23,116 nucleotides of DNA from Candidatus Nanohaloarchaea archaeon (GTDB lineage: Archaea; Nanohalarchaeota; Nanosalinia; Nanosalinales; Nanosalinaceae), in the NCBI GenBank assembly GCA_042217695.1, contig JBDGSE010000023.1, positions 1-23,116 on the forward strand, read 5' to 3'. The notes under the pieces are model-generated. The model did no database searches. It had not been told where the DNA came from and worked only from the letters and a program-made list of their open reading frames with translations. A program made the translations under genes and the position numbers. Position 1 is the first letter of the stretch; each line of letters starts with the position of its first letter. Positions 1 through 8,265 of this stretch are shown piece after piece.

Positions 1-48
1 TTCGAGGAGCAAAAAATACTCAACACTGCCTATACCTACATGGATTGA
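1..48 (+). CDS. gatA: 3' end of a gene, probably glutamyl/aspartyl-tRNA amidotransferase subunit A (partial)
   Basis: Frame 1 reads FEEQKILNTAYTYMD* (TGA 46-48), resembling the amidase/GatA C-terminal F-x-E-x-x-L-L-x-x-A-x-x-Y pattern. gatB lies 1.2 kb downstream. Only 15 codons are visible. Confidence 0.6.
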   Translation, partial: FEEQKILNTAYTYMD

Positions 49-105
49 GGTGTTCAACCCATCTCGGAGACCCGGTTACAGGAAACGGACAAGAGGTATG
101 TCCTT

Positions 106-1185
106 GTGGAGCAGACGGAACTGCCGAACGGTTTCGTCGACGAAGTGGATGAAAGCATAGAACAGATGATAGAGGAGTCCCGTGCCGGTACAGCCCTGAC
201 CCAGAGACTGGACGACCGTATGAAGGAGATATTTCTGGCCCCCAGCAAACATGCACGGGACATCTACAACCGTCTGTGGATGGAGGCGCTTGACACCGAC
301 TATAACAGGGAGCAGAAAGTCGACCTCGGGGCCGTGAATCAGAGCCACCACAACACCTCTCTGGTCGCAGACGACAGGATGGACGGGGACGAGGACAGGA
401 GGGGAGTCCCGACGTTTCATACCTCTGACTTCCTGGTCTCTGAGTTCTCCAGAGAAGAGGTCGATGCCCTGACGCTGTCACAGGTCATAAAGTATACGAC
501 GATGCCGTACAGCTGGATAACCGGTTCCTCGATCCCCGGCGAGGACCAGGCGGAGCATATATCCATACTCTCCGATAACGTGATGGACCTGGTGGAGGGC
601 CAGAACGAGGACGTGACCGGTAGCGCCAGGCTGGAGATATCCGAAGATGATGCAGGAATCGTCTACGGCGACGAGTACCTGGACCTGGAGGAGTTCAACT
701 ACTCGATGATAGATGGGAAGACCGGCGCCCTCTTCCGGGCATCTTCCGAGACCGCAGGGGCCGCGTCAGGTTACAGGGGCGAGGAACTCTCGGAACACGC
801 CCTTGAACTCGGAAGGCTTCTACAGCTGACCGACGACATACTTGACTACCATCCCGGCGCGGACAAGGACTATCTCTCGGACCTCCGGGAGGGGAAACCG
901 ACCATAATAGTGAGTTACGGACTTGAGGAACTGGAAGGCGAGGAGAGAGAACTACTGCGCAGGGCCGTGGATTCGGAAACAGGGGAGGAAGAGCTCTACG
1001 AGACGGCTGATATCCTGGAGGAAAACGGGGTTATAGATCGGGCCCGGGAAACTGCAGAGGGCCACGCCGAAGAGGCGAAGAGGATAGTGGACGAGGCCTA
1101 CGACTCTGGCCCCATCGAACACAGAGAATACGCGGACGACCTTAACCGGATGGCAGACATCGTTCTCAACCGCGAGGGCCGCTAA
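106..1185 (+). CDS. Trans-polyprenyl diphosphate synthase family protein (divergent)
   Basis: FARM SLVADDRMDGDEDRRGVPTFH, LVEGQNED, GKTGALF, SARM LQLTDDILD, SDLREGKPT. GTG start preceded by AAGAGG. Confidence 0.88.
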   Translation: MEQTELPNGFVDEVDESIEQMIEESRAGTALTQRLDDRMKEIFLAPSKHARDIYNRLWMEALDTDYNREQKVDLGAVNQSHHNTSLVADDRMDGDEDRRGVPTFHTSDFLVSEFSREEVDALTLSQVIKYTTMPYSWITGSSIPGEDQAEHISILSDNVMDLVEGQNEDVTGSARLEISEDDAGIVYGDEYLDLEEFNYSMIDGKTGALFRASSETAGAASGYRGEELSEHALELGRLLQLTDDILDYHPGADKDYLSDLREGKPTIIVSYGLEELEGEERELLRRAVDSETGEEELYETADILEENGVIDRARETAEGHAEEAKRIVDEAYDSGPIEHREYADDLNRMADIVLNREGR

Positions 1186-1224
1186 ACGGGTACAGTAAAA
1201 AACCTTTACACCGGAGTTAAGACT

Positions 1225-2628
1225 ATGCCCGAGGTAAAGATAGGGCTGGAGACCCACGTCCAGCTTGACACGGAGACAAAACTTTTCTGCGGCTGCCCGA
1301 ACGAGGAAGCGGAAGAACCGAACACCCATGTATGTGAGACCTGTCTCGGACACCCGGGAAGCAAGCCACGGCTCAACCGGGAGGTACTTGAACAGGCCGT
1401 CAAGGTCTCGGAGGCGCTGCAGTGCGAGATAGAGGAGGACATATTCTTTTCCAGGAAGACATACTTCTACCCGGACATGTCCAAGAACTACCAGATAACA
1501 CAGTACGAGCTGCCTGTAGGCGTCGAGGGCGAACTGGAGGTAAAGGTCGGCGACGAAAAGAAACCGGTGGGGATCGAAAGACTCCACATCGAGGAGGACC
1601 CTGCCAAGTTGAGACATATCGGGGGCTCGATCTCGAATGCGGATTACACACTCGTGGACTACAACAGGGCGGGGACTCCGCTACTCGAGATCGTTACCGC
1701 ACCTGACTTTGAATCGCCGGAAGAGGCCCGGGAATACCTGAACCAGCTCGTACAGATACTTGAATACCTCGGTGTGTACTCCCCGGATTCCGAGTTCTCG
1801 ATAAAGAGCGATGCCAACATCTCCATCGAGGGCGGTGCCAAGGTGGAGGTCAAGAACATAACAGGTACAAAAGGCATAGAGAAAGCGCTGAACTACGAGA
1901 TATCACGTCAGAAACAGCTCACAAAAAGAGGTCGGGAAGTAGAGCAGGAGACACGGAGCTACTCCGCTGGACAGGAGATAACCGAGAAACTCCGGCAGAA
2001 GGAGACCGAGGAGGACTACGGCTACATATTCGATCCGGACCTCACCCGGCAGAAACTGGACGAAGACTTCCAGGAACGCCTCAGAGAACAGATACCTGAA
2101 CTGCCTCACGAAAAAGTTGAACGCTTCAGAGACGAATACGGCATATCTGACAAACAGGTAGAGTCACTGGTCACAGAACAGGCGCTTGCAGATGATTTCG
2201 AAGCGCTGGCAGAAGAACATGAAACATCGCTCGTGGCGTCCTGGCTCACCGGCGAACTGAAGAAGGTCCTCAACTACAACGAGATCTCCTACGCAAGCTC
2301 CGGTATAGAGACCGGGTGGATAGAGTACCTTATCGGGCTGCTGGAGGATGACCGTATAACAGATAGAAACGCCGAACTCGTTCTCAGGGAGATAGTCGAG
2401 GAACCCCGCCATCCTGAGCGCGTTGTGGAACAGGAAGATCTGCTCAAGGACGAGTCCATCGATGAATACGTTGAAGAAGCGATAGAGGAAAACCCTGGAG
2501 CAGTCGAGGACTTCAACGCGGGGGAAGAAGGCGCGGTCAACTTCCTCGTGGGCCAGGTGATGCAGCTTTCAGGTGGAAAAGCGGACCCGAAGACCGCGAG
2601 AGAAAAAATAATGGAGGAGCTAGAATGA
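1225..2628 (+). CDS. gatB: Asp-tRNA(Asn)/Glu-tRNA(Gln) amidotransferase subunit B
   Basis: KIGLETHVQL, KLFCGC, CETCLGHPG, RKTYFYPDMSKNYQITQY, RLHIEEDPAK, VDYNRAGTPLLEIVT, DANIS, VEVKN, DYGY, and C-terminal FLVGQVM..GKADP. Confidence 0.98.
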   Translation: MPEVKIGLETHVQLDTETKLFCGCPNEEAEEPNTHVCETCLGHPGSKPRLNREVLEQAVKVSEALQCEIEEDIFFSRKTYFYPDMSKNYQITQYELPVGVEGELEVKVGDEKKPVGIERLHIEEDPAKLRHIGGSISNADYTLVDYNRAGTPLLEIVTAPDFESPEEAREYLNQLVQILEYLGVYSPDSEFSIKSDANISIEGGAKVEVKNITGTKGIEKALNYEISRQKQLTKRGREVEQETRSYSAGQEITEKLRQKETEEDYGYIFDPDLTRQKLDEDFQERLREQIPELPHEKVERFRDEYGISDKQVESLVTEQALADDFEALAEEHETSLVASWLTGELKKVLNYNEISYASSGIETGWIEYLIGLLEDDRITDRNAELVLREIVEEPRHPERVVEQEDLLKDESIDEYVEEAIEENPGAVEDFNAGEEGAVNFLVGQVMQLSGGKADPKTAREKIMEELE

Positions 2629-3530
2629 GGGCGGACGACTTTCTCGACGAACACGGAATCGAGTATACAGTGGTGCACCAGGACAACCCCACGAAGACAT
2701 GCGATGACGCGGCTATGGAGCGCGGACTGGATACCTCGCAGATAGTGAAGAGCCTGATAGTTCGTAGAGACGGGGAATACTTCCATGCACTGGTCCCCGG
2801 CGATAGAACGTTGTCCGAGAAAAAGTTTGGAGAACACAGGATGGCGGAACCGGAGAAATCGAAACAGATAACAGGCCAGGAATCCGGAACCGTACACCCT
2901 TTTTCCTCGGAGCTGAAACACTTCGTCGACGAGAGACTGTTCGAGGAGGATACACTCTCCTTCACTACCGGGGACATACTGAAAGGAGTTGTCATGGACT
3001 CATCCGAGTTCAGGGAAGGCCTGGAAGCTGCCGGCTTCAAGTTCGAGACCGGGGATTACGTGGTATCCGAGGAGGAAGACCTGGAGGAACTCGAGGAGAA
3101 AGGCCTCGACAGCGAGGCCGCAAAATTCGTCGCCGACAAAGGCCTCAGATCGGCCTTCAACCGGCTGCAAACGGAACACAGGCCAGGAGAGATAGTCCGG
3201 GCGTTCAAGAAACTCAGGCGAGAAGACATCCAGGTCACAGAACAGCTCTCACGAGAACTTATCCAGCGCTCGGAGAACGAGACCCACATGCAGAAACTCG
3301 CCGAGGGATACGCCGAGACAGGAGAGTTCCCGGACGAAACCGATTTCGAGCTGGAAAAAGTTGTTGAAAACGCGGTCGACGAGAACCCGGAGGCGGTGGA
3401 GGATTTCAACGCCGGGAAGGACTCCGCCATAAACTACCTTCTGGGCCAGATTATGCAGCAGACCCAGGGAAAGGCCGACGGCGAGAGAACCCGGGAACTA
3501 CTTGAGGAAAAACTCGATGACAGATCTTGA
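2625..3530 (+). CDS. YbaK/ProX (INS-superfamily) aminoacyl-tRNA editing domain fused to a GatB helical/YqeY-type C-terminal domain
   Basis: N-terminal ~135 aa: FLDEHGIEY, IVKSL (conserved Lys), VPGDR, TGQESGTVHPF. C-terminus ENPEAVEDFNAGKDSAINYLLGQIMQQTQGKAD matches the GatB tail. The start overlaps the gatB 3' end (ATGA, 2625-2628). Confidence 0.9.
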   Translation: MRADDFLDEHGIEYTVVHQDNPTKTCDDAAMERGLDTSQIVKSLIVRRDGEYFHALVPGDRTLSEKKFGEHRMAEPEKSKQITGQESGTVHPFSSELKHFVDERLFEEDTLSFTTGDILKGVVMDSSEFREGLEAAGFKFETGDYVVSEEEDLEELEEKGLDSEAAKFVADKGLRSAFNRLQTEHRPGEIVRAFKKLRREDIQVTEQLSRELIQRSENETHMQKLAEGYAETGEFPDETDFELEKVVENAVDENPEAVEDFNAGKDSAINYLLGQIMQQTQGKADGERTRELLEEKLDDRS

Positions 3531-4209
3531 AGAACTGGTCGAAAAAGAAGTGGAAGAACTTTCCGGGAGAGAAGATGTCAGGGCCGTTGCTGTCGTCGGA
3601 AGTTATGCCCGTGGCGAGGACGAACACAACGACATCGATTTCTTTATCATAGTCGACGGTGACTGGCGCAGACGCGAGGGAGAGATGGTCGACGATATAC
3701 TGGTCGAACGGTTCTACAACTCGCTTGAAGGCGCGAAGAACTATCTCGATGGAGACAGCTGGTACACCTCCTACCACTGGTACAGGAACGCCGAGCCGCG
3801 GTACGACCCGGAATCACTCTTTGAAGAACTGGCGGACCTGGCCGAGGAGAAAAGAAACGAGAAGATGTCTGTAAACGAGGAAGAACTGCTCTACACTATC
3901 TGGGACAAAAAGCAGGACCTGGACACCCGGGACGTGGGCCAGAAACGCTACCTGATGAACGAATTCTTCAACTACCTCTTGTTCCAGCACTACCTTTTGA
4001 AGGGAGAGGTACCGGTGAAGACCAACTACCGTGTGAAGAAGCTGAAGGAGTTCGACGGCTACATGTACAAGCTTTCACAGGACTTTCTCACGTCGAGCAG
4101 CACCGGTGATAAGGAAAGGACACTGGAAAAGATGATAGACCACGTTACGAGAAACATTGGGGATCCCGGCCCGGAGTGGGAGACCGAGAAGGAATACATG
4201 GGGGACTAG
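3517..4209 (+). CDS. Pol-beta-type nucleotidyltransferase domain protein with C-terminal helical domain
   Basis: AVVGSYARG-x5-DIDFFII (GS...DxD motif) and a downstream LVE acidic residue. ATG at 3517 overlaps the upstream gene end. Confidence 0.8.
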   Translation: MTDLEELVEKEVEELSGREDVRAVAVVGSYARGEDEHNDIDFFIIVDGDWRRREGEMVDDILVERFYNSLEGAKNYLDGDSWYTSYHWYRNAEPRYDPESLFEELADLAEEKRNEKMSVNEEELLYTIWDKKQDLDTRDVGQKRYLMNEFFNYLLFQHYLLKGEVPVKTNYRVKKLKEFDGYMYKLSQDFLTSSSTGDKERTLEKMIDHVTRNIGDPGPEWETEKEYMGD

Positions 4210-4400
4210 TCTGAAAGCTTGAAACCTATCTCAAGTTCTTCCTCGTCCGAGAAAACTCTTACCGGGACGTTACCCGAGACAGGTTGCGCCACCTTCCAGT
4301 CGTCGCCGTCCAGGTTGACCTGGCCCTCCTCGATGGAGTCCGCGATGTCTCTCAGGAGGCCTGCAAGCGACTCCTTTTCCAGCAGGAATTCTCTGTCCAT
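4206..4400 (-). CDS. Small amphi-Trp-domain-like protein
   Basis: LAGLLRDIADSIEEGQV...ELEIGFK pattern resembles amphi-Trp domain proteins; acidic composition. Confidence 0.6.
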   Translation of the reverse strand: MDREFLLEKESLAGLLRDIADSIEEGQVNLDGDDWKVAQPVSGNVPVRVFSDEEELEIGFKLSD

Positions 4401-4486
4401 CTATTTCACCTGTAAAACATCAGTCATGGAGAGGTGCCCTCTCCGTCGGAGGGAAACCGGCGCCACTGGTTTCCTGGCAGGGTTGT

Positions 4487-5695
4487 TCATGCAAACATCT
4501 CGTCGGGATGCATCTCTTCGCCGCCCAGGAAGTCCTTCTCGACACCCATGTTGCCCTCCTTCAGATCCTTTATGGCGTCCTGGAAGTCTTCCAGTGAGGC
4601 TGAGGCTTTCTCAACTTCTTCGTGTCTTTCCAGGGCGTTGACCGCTGCCTGTTTCACTATCTGCTTTATGTCCCGGCCCGTGAACTCGTCGTCGAGTTCC
4701 GCAGCTATAAGATCTACATCCAGGTCCTCCTCCAGGTCCATCCGTCTCGAGTGGATCTTGAGGATTTCCTGCTTGGCCTCCTCATCAGGTACAGGAACTT
4801 CTATCGCGCTGCACCTGTTCAGAAGCGCGGGATCCATGATGTCCGGGGTGTTGGTCGCGAAGATCGAGATAACGTTGGAGTTCTCGTCCGTATCAAGGCC
4901 ATCCAGTTCGGACAGCAGCTGGCTCATCGTTCTCTCTACTTCTTCGCCACCGTGTCTCCTGTCGTCCAGCCTCTTCTTGGCTATAGCATCTATTTCGTCG
5001 ATGAAGACTATCGCGGGCTTGTCAGAGGAGCGTGCCTGGTCGTAGAGTCTCTTCACTTTTTTCGCGCCTTCGCCGATGAACTTTTCGACCATCTGAGGGC
5101 CGTTGATCATGAACATGTCGGCGTCGTACTCGTTGCTCAGCGCCTTAACCATGTGGGTCTTGCCGGTCCCTGGTTTACCTATCAGCAGCAGGGACTTGTC
5201 CATGTCCATACCCCACTCCTTCATCTTTTCGTGCTTGTCTTCGTCCAGCTGGGCTCCAACGTTGGATTTCAGTGAACGGATTACATGATCGAGACCGCCG
5301 ACATCCTGGAACGTTACCTCGGTCTCGACAGGGTCGAACTCCGCGTCCTTCCCTTTCTCCACGATATCTGTTACCTTGAACGTGTTCGGATCAAGCGCTA
5401 CCTCTGTCCCGGGGGTGAAATCTCCTGCGTCGTAGCCTCTCGGTACTTCAACGCCGTAACGCCCTTTCATGTTGCCGGAGGCCTCCACCCAGATGCGGTC
5501 GCCGTCGAATTCAGAGACCACTACACCCCTCAGAACTGGTGTCTTCAGGTTGGTGGAGTTGGGGTTATCGTCTGACTGATTCCTCTGCTGGAAGTACTGC
5601 GGGAACTGGACCTTCTGTTCCTTTCCCTTTTTCTCGGAGTTTTCCTGTTCTTCGTCTTTGTTCTTCATTTTCTCAGAAATGTCTTTATCTCCCAT
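4487..5695 (-). CDS. PAN-like (proteasome-activating nucleotidase-related) AAA+ ATPase
   Basis: TFQDVGGL, Walker A GKPGTGKT, pore loop KFIGEG, Walker B IVFIDEID, ERTMSQLLSELDG, ATN, C-terminal HbYX-like MFA. OB-like segment before the AAA domain. Start at 5695 has a GGGTGA RBS; in-frame ATG 5755 is an alternative. Confidence 0.8.
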   Translation of the reverse strand: MGDKDISEKMKNKDEEQENSEKKGKEQKVQFPQYFQQRNQSDDNPNSTNLKTPVLRGVVVSEFDGDRIWVEASGNMKGRYGVEVPRGYDAGDFTPGTEVALDPNTFKVTDIVEKGKDAEFDPVETEVTFQDVGGLDHVIRSLKSNVGAQLDEDKHEKMKEWGMDMDKSLLLIGKPGTGKTHMVKALSNEYDADMFMINGPQMVEKFIGEGAKKVKRLYDQARSSDKPAIVFIDEIDAIAKKRLDDRRHGGEEVERTMSQLLSELDGLDTDENSNVISIFATNTPDIMDPALLNRCSAIEVPVPDEEAKQEILKIHSRRMDLEEDLDVDLIAAELDDEFTGRDIKQIVKQAAVNALERHEEVEKASASLEDFQDAIKDLKEGNMGVEKDFLGGEEMHPDEMFA

Positions 5696-5869
5696 GTTGA
5701 TCACCCAGCGGCGGATTCGTGTGAGCAGATCCCTGAATCGCCTGATCAAAACCATTCACACCTTTTTGTTCTCGTCTTATCTTTATAAATCAAACATCCT
5801 GCCCCTGTGAACCGGTTTTTGCCACGGAACATAAGTAAACGAGACGCCTGGGCCCCATGGTAACGGGTT

Positions 5870-6003
5870 CGAGTCCGGCGGGATTTGAACCCGCGACCTA
5901 CAGCTTTCTTCACACAGCTTCCTGACAGGAAAGATGTTCAGGCATTTTCGCCCCGGGAAGCCGGTGTTAGGAGGCTGTCGCTCTTCCACTGAGCTACGGA
6001 CTC
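5870..6003 (-). tRNA. tRNA-Arg(CCT) with 62-nt intron at 37/38 (intron 5906-5967)
   Basis: Reverse complement: GAGTCCG TA GCTC AGTGGAA GAGC G ACAGC CT CCT A [intron] A GCTGT AGGTC GCGGG TTCAAAT CCCGC CGGACTC G. All stems pair; no encoded CCA. Confidence 0.93.
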
Positions 6004-6028
6004 ACACCGAGGGTTTCTCCTGGAATTC

Positions 6029-6036
6029 TTAAATAA
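6029..6036 (-). promoter_or_regulatory. TATA box for tRNA-Arg(CCT)
   Basis: TTATTTAA on the minus strand about 26 nt upstream of the tRNA 5' end. Confidence 0.55.
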
Positions 6037-7302
6037 TCAGGTCTGGACCGCTATGAACACCGCGGCTCCGATAGCCGAGGCCAGGAGAAGCGGTGCGGAG
6101 ATCCTGTAACGCATATCCCTGTTGACTACCTCGACAAGCGCGACCTTTGCAACGATGCTTCCTGCGATTGCGGAGAGCATCATACCGGTCGAGAGCTGTA
6201 AACCCATCGCACCACTGGAGTAGGATGTTGCGGCGGAGCTGACAACTGCCGCCGAAGAAGCCACGCCGCCTATGAACGCGGTTGCATACACGCCGAACGA
6301 GCCAAGGAACTCCCGTCCCAGTACAGAGGCGACGGAGGCCAGTGCGAATATCAGGGCGAACTTTATACCGGATTTGATGGAGAACGGCGACTCGAGAGTC
6401 ATCTCGAACTCCTCCTTGTTCCTGCCGCGGGAGAGCCAGGCCGCTACACCTATAACCGCGAGCATCCCTGTGACTGGAAGATAGAGGGGGTAAAGCCTGG
6501 AAAACTGGTATCCTATGACTGGCAGGATTATAACGGTGGCTATCCCTATATCCCGGATCAGCATGGAAAAAGTCGCGAGCAGAGCGCCGGCAGATGCCGG
6601 TTTCAGCAGGTCATCGCCCCGGTTACCCAGTCGGGCCATAACGCCGGTGGTGGCGAACGAACTTGCCCCTCCCCCGAGAAGACCTGTCAGGTATATCCCG
6701 GAGGAGCCGGCCAGCTGCCTCATGGATATGTAGGACGCGAATTCTATCAGCAGGACAAAAACTCCGAGAAGCATTATCTGTCGTGGGACGATGGCGTTGA
6801 ACGGGTCGATGGCGGTTGCGGGAAGGATGGGTAACAGTATGAACGCGAACGCACCGAGCTGGAGCGCCGAGGCTATCTCCTCCTCCCGGAGCCTGTCGAC
6901 GTAGCTGTGCAGAGTTTCTTTTTCCGCAAGTAAGAGGGCGGAAAGTATCGCAAGCGAGGTGGCCTCGGAATAAAGCCCGTAACCTATCAGAACCCCGAGT
7001 ACAGCAGATACAAATGCTGCTACCGAGGTAGTGAAACCGATGTTCTCCCTCTCCATATAGAGCCGGACCAGCAGTATGCCGAGAGATATGGCGACCGCCA
7101 GCAAAAGGTATATGGCTACGAATACCGGTGTACCGGCTTTTTCGGAGGCGGCAACAACTGCGGGAGCCACACCGGCAAGGAGCGCCAGGGTTCTCAGCCC
7201 GGCATACTTTTTCTCCGGTACATGCTCCCGTTCAAGACCTATCAGTCCTCCCATCGCCATGGCCATGAAGATCTCCATGAGGAGTTGTGGGCCAGCCAGC
7301 AT
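6037..7302 (-). CDS. MgtC/SapB family membrane protein with DUF4010
   Basis: GGLIGLERE, AGLRTLAL, GFTTSVA, ILLPILP, GLLGGGASSFATT, SPFSIKSGIKF; many transmembrane segments. Confidence 0.9.
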   Translation of the reverse strand: MLAGPQLLMEIFMAMAMGGLIGLEREHVPEKKYAGLRTLALLAGVAPAVVAASEKAGTPVFVAIYLLLAVAISLGILLVRLYMERENIGFTTSVAAFVSAVLGVLIGYGLYSEATSLAILSALLLAEKETLHSYVDRLREEEIASALQLGAFAFILLPILPATAIDPFNAIVPRQIMLLGVFVLLIEFASYISMRQLAGSSGIYLTGLLGGGASSFATTGVMARLGNRGDDLLKPASAGALLATFSMLIRDIGIATVIILPVIGYQFSRLYPLYLPVTGMLAVIGVAAWLSRGRNKEEFEMTLESPFSIKSGIKFALIFALASVASVLGREFLGSFGVYATAFIGGVASSAAVVSSAATSYSSGAMGLQLSTGMMLSAIAGSIVAKVALVEVVNRDMRYRISAPLLLASAIGAAVFIAVQT

Positions 7303-7332
7303 GGATAGAAATTAGCTCGGCGGCTTAAAACG

Positions 7333-7578
7333 TTATTCTTCGTCCCTGGCCAGCGCCTCTATGGGATAGGTCTTCTCACACTGCGGATACCCTTCGCAGC
7401 CCCAGAAATAGCCGTAACGGCCTTCTTTTACGTGCATCGGCATACCGCACTCCGGGCATTCAACTTCCCGGGGCTCTTTCTCCAGGTGATTCTTGCACAC
7501 CGGCTGGCCCTCGGAGTTCTTCTTTGTCGCGTTCTTCCCGCAGAACACGCACTTGGTCATCTTGGTTTCGCTTCCCAT
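7333..7578 (-). CDS. Small zinc-binding protein with topoisomerase C4 zinc finger
   Basis: CPECGMPMHVKEGRYGYFWGCEGYPQC (Topo C4 finger), preceded by CVFC...CKNH. Start 7578 or 7560. Confidence 0.8.
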   Translation of the reverse strand: MGSETKMTKCVFCGKNATKKNSEGQPVCKNHLEKEPREVECPECGMPMHVKEGRYGYFWGCEGYPQCEKTYPIEALARDEE

Positions 7579-7629
7579 GAAGCATTCTTGGTGCGGTAAA
7601 TTTTTGTAGTTAAGAGAGAACAGTTTTCT

Positions 7630-8265
7630 ATGGACGATATAATCGTCTTTGGACATTCGGTCACCCTGGGGTTCTGGGACCCCGAAGGCGGCTGGGTCCA
7701 GCGCCTCAGAACGTTTCTCGACCAGCGGGCGCTTGAAACTCAGGACGAGGACAACGTTTTCTACGTCTACAACCTTGGCGTGGCAGGGGACACAGTGGAG
7801 GACCTGCTGCAGAGAATGGAGGAGGAGTTCGATAGAAGGACGGAGAAGGATTACGATACCCTGATACTTCTGCAGGTAGGAGCCAACGACGCCCTTTACC
7901 TGGAAGAGGAGGGATATCTCACTCCGGAAGAAGAGTTTCGCGACGGTTTCGAGGAACTTCTAGAGCTCGCCTCTGAACTGGCGGACGGTCTGGGAGTGGT
8001 CGGCGACTTTCCACACGACCCCTCACTGGAAAAAGTGCCATACGCCCCCGATCACAGGCTAGACCACGAAAAATTCGGCGAATACGAGGCTATCAAGAAG
8101 GAGTTATGCAGGGAGAGGGAAGTGCCGTATATCGACCTCGTCGAGATAACTGAAGGAACGGAGAACTCCCGTTACCTGGAGGAGGGAGTGCATCCGAACG
8201 CAGAAGGCCATTCGCAGATAGCTGGGAAAGTAAAGGAAAAACTGGAGGAAGGAGATTTACTCTGA
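7630..8265 (+). CDS. SGNH/GDSL hydrolase
   Basis: VFGHSVT (block I), NLGVAGDT (II), QVGAND (III), EGVHPNAEGH (V). Confidence 0.9.
   Translation: MDDIIVFGHSVTLGFWDPEGGWVQRLRTFLDQRALETQDEDNVFYVYNLGVAGDTVEDLLQRMEEEFDRRTEKDYDTLILLQVGANDALYLEEEGYLTPEEEFRDGFEELLELASELADGLGVVGDFPHDPSLEKVPYAPDHRLDHEKFGEYEAIKKELCREREVPYIDLVEITEGTENSRYLEEGVHPNAEGHSQIAGKVKEKLEEGDLL

Noticed and set aside
5849..5880. Plus-strand GGGCCCCATGGTAACGGGTTCGAGTCCGG looks like tRNA 5' and T-loop fragments
   Set aside because: The T-stem does not pair fully, there is no D or anticodon arm, and part of it is the antisense of tRNA-Arg(CCT).
5906..5967. Possible box C/D guide RNA in the Arg(CCT) intron (CTGA, GTGAAGA)
   Set aside because: Boxes are in the wrong linear order and there is no C'/D' pair or evident guide target.
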